DNA of 32,000 nt. Origin: Ktedonobacterales bacterium (GTDB taxonomy: Bacteria > Chloroflexota > Ktedonobacteria > Ktedonobacterales > JADMIN01). Below the pieces are notes generated by a model that saw nothing but the letters and a program-made list of their open reading frames with translations, was not told the origin of the DNA and searched no databases. Shown piece after piece: positions 26,066-32,000 of this stretch. How positions within the stretch are numbered: the stretch's first letter is position 1; the number at the start of each line of letters is the position of its first letter. Position numbers and translations under genes: made by a program. The stretch is taken from positions 660,001 through 692,000 of the forward strand of contig CP126532.1 of NCBI GenBank assembly GCA_030167145.1, read 5' to 3'.

Positions 26066-27385
26066 ATGGAATCCAGCGGAACCATGGCCGACATCGAGAT
26101 TTTCGTGCTGCTGGTCGTGCTGGCGCTGGTTGTGGGGCTTGTGGCGCGCAGGCTTAATTTTCCTTATACACTCGCGCTGGTTGTGACGGGCCTCGTGCTC
26201 GGCTGGCTGCCAGTATTGACGAATTTGCACCTCGATCCCAATGTTGTGCTCTTCGTGTTCTTGCCCGCGCTGCTCTTCGAGGGGGCATGGAATATTGATA
26301 TACAGGCGCTGAAGGCCGATTGGCTCGCCATTCTGCTGCTGGCGGTGCCTGGCCTGGCGCTTTCGCTGGGTGTGGTGGCGGTCGTTGCCCATTTCGGCGC
26401 GGGGCTGCCCTGGCTGGTGGCGCTGCTCCTGGGCGCTATCGTCTCGCCGACGGATCCGATAGCTGTGCTGTCATTGTTGCGCCAGCTCGGCATGCCCGAC
26501 CGGCTTTGTGCGATCATCGAGGGTGAAAGCCTCTTCAACGATGGCGTAGGTGCGGCGGCTTTCGAGTTGGTGTATAGCCTGCTGTTGCTTTCGCTTGGCC
26601 TCAGCAGTTCACTGTCGGGTCTCTCAACGCCACTGATCACGCTCGACGCGCTATGGCTGCTCGGCGGTGGCCTCATCTTGGGCGTGCTCCTGGGCTTCAT
26701 CGTCACGTATCTCGTGCGGCAAGTGACAGATCCGCTGATCGAGACGACAGTGACATTTAGCGTCGCCTATGGCGCATATATTTTGGCAACGCTGCTTGGC
26801 ACATCTGGGCTGCTCGCAGTGGTGGGCGCAGGGCTGGTGCTCGGCTCATACGGACGCCGAATCGGTATCTCGCGGGATGCGCTGCGCGTGACTGACAACG
26901 TGTGGATGTTCGTCGCTTTTCTGGCAAACTCGTTGCTGTTCATACTGGTAGGAGTACAGATCGGCTCCTCTCACTCCATTCTCGATGCCCTGCCAGCCAT
27001 TCTCTGGGGGGTACTTGGCGTTATTGCGGGGCGCGCGCTGATGGTGTATACGCTACTGCCAGCGCACGATCTGCTAGTACGCTGGGCAGGCAAGCGCGCC
27101 GATACCAAACCCACGCGTGCCTTCAGCCCGCTGCCCGTCCCACGTGTGTGGCGTCCGCTGATTCTCCTCTCCGGGCTACGCGGAGCGCTTTCACTGGCGT
27201 TGGTGCTCAGTCTTTCCACAGCGACACCCCAACGCGACATACTGACGCTGATCGTCTATGGGGTGGTGCTCGTGACACTGGTGGGCCAGGGAATCGGCTT
27301 ACGAATCGTGTTGCCTCACTGGCCGCGTGCTGAATCCGTGCCCGCGCCATCGCAAGCAGGTGCAATAGGCGACGTGGAGACATAG
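26066..27385 (+). CDS. Cation:proton antiporter, CPA1 (NhaP-type Na+/H+ exchanger)
   Basis: It has about 11-12 TM segments, the signature ESLFNDG and ATDPIAV-like SPTDPIAV. ATG 26084 is an alternative start. Confidence 0.9.
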   Translation: MESSGTMADIEIFVLLVVLALVVGLVARRLNFPYTLALVVTGLVLGWLPVLTNLHLDPNVVLFVFLPALLFEGAWNIDIQALKADWLAILLLAVPGLALSLGVVAVVAHFGAGLPWLVALLLGAIVSPTDPIAVLSLLRQLGMPDRLCAIIEGESLFNDGVGAAAFELVYSLLLLSLGLSSSLSGLSTPLITLDALWLLGGGLILGVLLGFIVTYLVRQVTDPLIETTVTFSVAYGAYILATLLGTSGLLAVVGAGLVLGSYGRRIGISRDALRVTDNVWMFVAFLANSLLFILVGVQIGSSHSILDALPAILWGVLGVIAGRALMVYTLLPAHDLLVRWAGKRADTKPTRAFSPLPVPRVWRPLILLSGLRGALSLALVLSLSTATPQRDILTLIVYGVVLVTLVGQGIGLRIVLPHWPRAESVPAPSQAGAIGDVET

Positions 27386-27400
27386 GTTTTGGGCATGTTA

Positions 27401-27409
27401 TGCTATAAT
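27401..27409 (+). promoter_or_regulatory. Putative extended -10 element TGCTATAAT upstream of ftsH
   Basis: tgctataat lies about 90 nt upstream of the ftsH start. There is no good -35 at 17-18 nt. Confidence 0.4.
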
Positions 27410-27495
27410 TTTCGCTTGAGTGTTCTTCGCTGCGGCATCTCATTCGGGGAAGCGCAACACCTATTTCTCCATGGTATAGATCTACCGGAGGCCCG

Positions 27496-29463
27496 TTGTT
27501 CATGGTCAACCCTTTTCGTTCGCGTACTGGCTTCCTGCTTCTGCTTGTTGTCACATTGGCGGCCATTTTTGTCGTGTTTGGCATACAGCAGCACAACCAG
27601 CCACGTGAGGTTGACCTCTCTACCCTCCTTGCCGACCTGCGCGGCGATATCACCCATCATCGCCTGGACACGCTGACACTCAGCGGCAACACACTAGTGC
27701 TGGAGCGTCAGAGCGAGCCAACTGAGCAGGCGTCGGTCAGTTCCACCTTTCAGGTGAGCGACCTCAAGCGCGACTACAATATTGACTATGCGAATCCAAG
27801 CATCCTGCGCTATCGCATTGCCGCGCAGGGCGCTCAGGTGTTTTGGGGCAATTTGCTGGGAACATTACTGCCAGTGGCGCTGGTGATCGGCGCATTCCTG
27901 TTCATCATGCGGCAGGCGCAGGGCGCGAACAATCAAGCCATCTCTTTTGGCAAGAGCCGCGCACGCATGTTTCTGAGCAATAAGCCTGTGGTGACGTTTG
28001 CGGACGTGGCAGGTGTGGATGAGGCAAAGCAAGAACTACAGGAAATCGTCGAGTTCTTGAAATATCCTGAAAAGTTCGCCAAGCTGGGGGCACGCATTCC
28101 CAAGGGTGTGCTGCTGATGGGGCCTCCAGGTACCGGAAAGACGCTGGTAGCGCGTGCGGTTGCGGGTGAGGCGGGCGTGCCATTTTTCAGCATCAGTGGC
28201 TCGGAATTCGTGGAGATGTTCGTCGGCGTGGGCGCGAGTCGGGTGCGCGACCTCTTCGAGCAAGCGAAACGTCATTCGCCTTGCATCATCTTCGTAGATG
28301 AAATTGACGCGGTGGGACGGCAACGCGGCGCGGGCCTGGGCGGTTCGCACGATGAACGCGAGCAGACGTTGAACCAAATGCTTGTCGAAATGGATGGCTT
28401 TGACCCCAACACCAGCGTGATCGTGATGGCGGCGACCAACCGCCCAGATGTCTTGGACCCGGCGCTGCTACGGCCTGGGCGCTTTGATCGGCAGGTGACG
28501 CTGGATCGCCCAGATGTACGCGGGCGAGCGGCGATTCTGGAGGTGCATGGGCGTGGTAAGCCGCTCGACTCCAGCATCAGCTTAGAGACGCTGGCCCGCC
28601 AAACGGCAGGCTTTTCGGGCGCAGACCTACAAAATCTACTGAACGAGGGCGCGATTCTCGCGGCACGCGCGGGGCAAGCTAGCATCACGATGCGCGAGCT
28701 TGAAGAGGCGATTGATCGCGTCGCTGCGGGACCAGAGCGCAAGAGCCGGATCATCAGTGAGCGTGAGAAAGCGGTGACGGCATATCACGAGATTGGGCAC
28801 GCCCTGGTTGCGCGGGCGCTGCCCAACTGCGATCCCGTGCATAAGGTCTCGATTGTGGCACGCGGGCCGATGGGCGGCTATACACGCCTGCTGCCGAGCG
28901 AGGAGCGCTACCTCTGGAGCAAGGCGCAGTTCGAGGATTTCCTGGCGTTCGCGTTGGGTGGCCATGCCGCTGAGCGGCTGATCTTCAACGATGTGACGAC
29001 GGGCGCGTCCAACGATATTGACCGTGTCACCGAGATGGCGCGCAAGATGGTGACGGAGTATGGTATGAGTGATCGGCTCGGACCCATCGCGCTCGGCAAG
29101 AAGGACGAAATGGTCTTTCTAGGGCGTGAGATTGGCGAAGAACGCAACTATAGCGAGCAGACCGCACGTGAGATTGATGAGGAGGTGCGCGCTATTATTC
29201 ATCGGGCATATGAAACCGCTGAGCGCGTGCTGACTGAGCATCATGCGCGACTGGTGCTGATGAGTGAAAAACTTATCCAGAGCGAGACCCTGGAAGGGCA
29301 AGAATTCGAGCGGTTGTTCGTCTCGCCATTGTCTGAGGAACATATCTATCTGCCATTGCCTGCGAGCGCTGCCGCGACAGCCCCTCCCACGGAAGATACA
29401 AGCGCCCAGTTCAGCGCGGACGGGCTGGGTGGAACACCCTCAGCCCGCGGGCCACGCACCTAA
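27496..29463 (+). CDS. ftsH: ATP-dependent zinc metalloprotease FtsH
   Basis: It has an N-terminal TM pair, Walker [10 protein letters not shown], Walker [10 protein letters not shown] and the zinc site HEIGHAL. The start is either TTG 27496 or ATG 27502, after ggagg. Confidence 0.95.
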   Translation: MFMVNPFRSRTGFLLLLVVTLAAIFVVFGIQQHNQPREVDLSTLLADLRGDITHHRLDTLTLSGNTLVLERQSEPTEQASVSSTFQVSDLKRDYNIDYANPSILRYRIAAQGAQVFWGNLLGTLLPVALVIGAFLFIMRQAQGANNQAISFGKSRARMFLSNKPVVTFADVAGVDEAKQELQEIVEFLKYPEKFAKLGARIPKGVLLMGPPGTGKTLVARAVAGEAGVPFFSISGSEFVEMFVGVGASRVRDLFEQAKRHSPCIIFVDEIDAVGRQRGAGLGGSHDEREQTLNQMLVEMDGFDPNTSVIVMAATNRPDVLDPALLRPGRFDRQVTLDRPDVRGRAAILEVHGRGKPLDSSISLETLARQTAGFSGADLQNLLNEGAILAARAGQASITMRELEEAIDRVAAGPERKSRIISEREKAVTAYHEIGHALVARALPNCDPVHKVSIVARGPMGGYTRLLPSEERYLWSKAQFEDFLAFALGGHAAERLIFNDVTTGASNDIDRVTEMARKMVTEYGMSDRLGPIALGKKDEMVFLGREIGEERNYSEQTAREIDEEVRAIIHRAYETAERVLTEHHARLVLMSEKLIQSETLEGQEFERLFVSPLSEEHIYLPLPASAAATAPPTEDTSAQFSADGLGGTPSARGPRT

Positions 29464-29474
29464 CCGCTGTTACA

Positions 29475-29483
29475 TGCTAATGT
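29475..29483 (+). promoter_or_regulatory. Putative extended -10 element TGCTAATGT
   Basis: tgctaatgt lies about 62 nt upstream of the M16 gene start, in the 81-bp gap after ftsH. Confidence 0.3.
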
Positions 29484-29544
29484 TAAACGCTCATATGTCC
29501 GGCGCGATCCATTCGCGTCTGTATCCCGGAAGGACTGGAATTCC

Positions 29545-30843
29545 ATGACCACCCCACGCGCATCGTCAACCAGCAGCGTACTCGCGCCGAACTATTTCTT
29601 GCACACCTTCCCCAATGGTCTTCAGATGGTGGGGCAATTCATGCCCAGCCTTGCTTCCGTGACATTCGGCATTCAGTTCGGGGCGGGCCTGAAAGACGAA
29701 CCAGAAGAGAAGCTCGGCCTCACCCATCTGCTCTCGGATATGGTCTTTCAGGGTACTGAGTCGCGCAACGTGCGCCAACTTACGGAGGATTTCGAAGCCA
29801 TTGGCGCGCGCAAGGGGGGCGAGACGGCCAATGAGTTCGCCCGTTACTCTGCGCAAATCGTCGGCAACCGATTAGATCGTGCATTGGAACTGATGGCGGA
29901 TGTGGTGCGGCATCCAGTCTTTCCGGCGGAAGAATTCGAGCAGATGCGCAGCGTGCAATTGCAGGAGATTCGCCGGCGCGACGACGAGCCAATGCGCCGC
30001 ATCTTCGATCTGGTCCGCGAGCGCTTCTACGTGGGAACAACCTTGGGACGCCGCGCGCTGGGATTACGCGAGACAGTGGAGCAACTGACCCCAGACGATC
30101 TTCGCGCTTTCTGGCAGACCTACTACCGTCCAAGCGGAGCGCTGATTTCCATCGCTGGAAACTTCAATTGGGAACATGTGGTCAGTCGGGTAGGTGAGCT
30201 TTTTGGCGATTGGGACGGCACGCCGCCCGCCCGCACAGAGCAGATGCCAAACCCAGTCCCGGCAGTCAATATCGAGATCCAGGAGGGGCAGCAAGAACAC
30301 ATCGGCATGGCCTTTCCGTTCCCCAAGTATGGCGACTCCGATTACTATGCGGCTACGGTTGTCAGCGAGATTTTTGGCGGCGGCATGACCTCGCGCCTGT
30401 TCCGCGAGGTACGCGAGAAGCGCGGTCTGGTCTATTCGGTCGCCTCCATCTTTGCGCCGAATGGCACTTCCGGGGCGGAGTTCCTCTACGCTGGCACGAC
30501 ACCAGAAAAATCGCATGAGACGGTGCAGGTGATGATCGAAGAACTGCGCCTTCTGGGCGGCGAGGGAGTCACCGAGGATGAGTTGGGCCGGGCAAAGGTG
30601 CAGCTCAAGAGCGAATTAGTGATGCGTGGCGAGAGCGCGGCGGCGCGAATGTCGGCGCTGGCGCGGTCGTGGTGGTTTGAGCAACGGCTGATTCCCATCC
30701 ACGAACTCAAAGAGGCGATTGACACTGTCACTCGTGAGCAGATCCTCGGATTGCTCAAGCGCTTCCCGACGACACAGCCGCTAGTGATCGCGGCCATCGG
30801 GCCGCGCACGCAAGATGAGTTGCTGGCGGGCGTACAGGTATAA
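29545..30843 (+). CDS. M16 (pitrilysin/insulinase) family protein with a degenerate zinc motif
   Basis: The family-typical sequence is GLTHLLSDMVFQGTESR, where HLLSD replaces HxxEH. It has the two-domain length of 432 aa. RBS ggaagga is present. Confidence 0.85.
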   Translation: MTTPRASSTSSVLAPNYFLHTFPNGLQMVGQFMPSLASVTFGIQFGAGLKDEPEEKLGLTHLLSDMVFQGTESRNVRQLTEDFEAIGARKGGETANEFARYSAQIVGNRLDRALELMADVVRHPVFPAEEFEQMRSVQLQEIRRRDDEPMRRIFDLVRERFYVGTTLGRRALGLRETVEQLTPDDLRAFWQTYYRPSGALISIAGNFNWEHVVSRVGELFGDWDGTPPARTEQMPNPVPAVNIEIQEGQQEHIGMAFPFPKYGDSDYYAATVVSEIFGGGMTSRLFREVREKRGLVYSVASIFAPNGTSGAEFLYAGTTPEKSHETVQVMIEELRLLGGEGVTEDELGRAKVQLKSELVMRGESAAARMSALARSWWFEQRLIPIHELKEAIDTVTREQILGLLKRFPTTQPLVIAAIGPRTQDELLAGVQV

Positions 30844-30880
30844 AGCCGTAGGGTTGAAGTTCTGGTCGGCGATCTAACGT

Positions 30881-31270
30881 TTACGCCGAGTCGCTGACCA
30901 GTTCGACCTGCCACCATTCGTTGACCCAGAGGCCAATGACGCGAACGGACAGCCCCCACGAGACAATCTTGCGCGCGGCCTCACGAATATCGGTCAGATG
31001 CTCCTCACGCGAGACGGGATTCGCGGCGCAGCCGTGATGCCCGGCGATAGCGATGACATGAGAGTTATGTGCCGTTAGCGAAACTTTGACATATTCGAGA
31101 ATATGCGCGAGACGGTCTTCCGGGCCGCGAACGAGGAAGCGATCAGGCCCGGGCACCGTAACGGTGTCTACGAATGTCACGTTGCAGTGAATCTTGATCC
31201 AGTCCGCTACTGGGGCTTGCGCCCGCCCATCAATACAGTTGATCGCGGTAGCAAAAGCGCCTATCGCCAT
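30881..31270 (-). CDS. Small beta-carbonic-anhydrase-like protein (CxDxR ... HxxC signature)
   Basis: 129 aa with NCIDGRAQAP (C12, D14, R16) and VIAIAGHHGCA (H78, C81). RBS agggagg lies 8 nt upstream of the ATG. Confidence 0.6.
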   Translation of the reverse strand: MAIGAFATAINCIDGRAQAPVADWIKIHCNVTFVDTVTVPGPDRFLVRGPEDRLAHILEYVKVSLTAHNSHVIAIAGHHGCAANPVSREEHLTDIREAARKIVSWGLSVRVIGLWVNEWWQVELVSDSA

Positions 31271-31644
31271 AGATTAATCCTCCCTAATGTAGTGGGGACT
31301 GGCAGCGACACCACCCCACTCTTCTATGTTATCGAAAATTGCGGCGTGAAGACCCCTATCCTTGAGGCATGGGAATGAAACGCCGCGCGCCGCTAGGAGC
31401 ACTCTTGGCTGCTTCCTCTCAGTAGTGCTACACTGGTTGCATATTGTCGGGCCAACGGAAATCTACGCTTGTGGAGGTGGCTTTGGGCTACGACATGACA
31501 GTGTAAGACGTGCAACAAGCGTTCGCTCTCCGCTGGGCGCAGTCGTCAGCCCAAGAATCCCCTGGCTTCGGGCATGGGAGTGGTCAACTGCTCTGCTTGG
31601 CACTGGCATCAATGACGTAGCTACAGGAGTGCTAAGCAAATTGC

Positions 31645-32000
31645 TCAGCCGAGATACCGGCGCAGGTCGTCCCGGGAGAGATGGCGTAGGTCGCCGATGG
31701 CGTCAAGCGAGAGATCGGGCGCGGGGGTGTAGGCATGCGGGTCCAGGCCGTAGTGCCCCTGGCGGATATGGACAGTGACGAAGCGCTGGGGCATACGGGC
31801 TTTGGTGGCCGAGAGGATGCGCGCTTTGTCGTCCACCATGACGTAAATTGGCGCGGACCAACGGGCCACTATTTCATCTAGATGCGCCTCTTTGTGGATA
31901 TAGATTGCCACTTGTTCGTCAACTGCCGCCGCGAGACCGCTGCGCGCAATCTTTAGCGGTTGATAGACGATGTCGCCATCCGAGACGATGACTGGTGAGC
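31645..32000 (-). CDS. HAD-like hydrolase, C-terminal part (the 5' end lies beyond the window)
   Basis: The frame stays open to the window edge and reads SPVIVSDGDIVYQPLKIARSGLAAAVDEQVAIYIHKE...YVMVDDKARIL. The family assignment is tentative. Confidence 0.5.
   Translation of the reverse strand, partial: SPVIVSDGDIVYQPLKIARSGLAAAVDEQVAIYIHKEAHLDEIVARWSAPIYVMVDDKARILSATKARMPQRFVTVHIRQGHYGLDPHAYTPAPDLSLDAIGDLRHLSRDDLRRYLG

Noticed and set aside
31404-31420. The minus strand reads GAGAGGAAGCAGCCAAG. This closely resembles the GNRA tetraloop plus the 3' strand of SRP (4.5S) RNA domain IV as I remember it (GGAAGGAAGCAGCCAAGG).
   Set aside because: The required 5' strand (..GGUCAGGUCC, with the conserved AGG of the symmetric loop) is absent. 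Only ACU separates the flanking 6-bp stem (agcact/agtgct) from the loop, so helix 8 cannot form. An Infernal scan with the bacterial SRP model would settle it.
31362-31778. A 138-aa plus-strand ORF spanning the long intergenic region and running into the HAD gene antisense.
   Set aside because: It has no RBS and a Gly/Arg/Ala-rich featureless product, and half of it is antisense to a better-supported frame.

Overview
This is a visibly GC-rich, gene-dense bacterial chromosomal window centred on dnaA. I did not compute base composition and cannot assign a taxon from the sequence alone. I support about 27 protein-coding genes. Confident housekeeping calls are dnaA, ridA, polX, accC-fabF-accB, ftsH, ribosomal protein L25/Ctc, a GH1 beta-glucosidase, an aldehyde dehydrogenase, two SDR oxidoreductases, an NhaP-type antiporter, comF, a Crp/Fnr regulator, an M16 peptidase homologue and HAD and histidine phosphatases. 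I found no rRNA, tRNA, CRISPR array, transposase, integrase or prophage signature, so this looks like core genome rather than an accessory island. Many long ORFs in the track are antisense or alternate-frame shadows typical of GC-rich DNA. Several track ORFs also have over-extended 5' ends, which I re-called using RBS position and family N-termini. I cannot point to one clearly novel multi-gene system. The loci most worth a second look are: (1) a two-HKD PLD enzyme fused to an unassigned domain and a C-terminal TM anchor, with no signal peptide; (2) an operon of histidine phosphatase, a truncated and degenerate VirB11/CpaF-like ATPase, and a small acidic protein with its own promoter and terminator; (3) a Crp/Fnr regulator divergent from a DUF2249-like gene that is translationally coupled to a 12-TM protein with a threefold internal repeat, with a 5-4-5 palindrome between them; (4) a 129-aa mini beta-carbonic-anhydrase-like protein next to an unusually long 374-bp intergenic region. 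All functional assignments come from motif recognition by eye. No database search was run.
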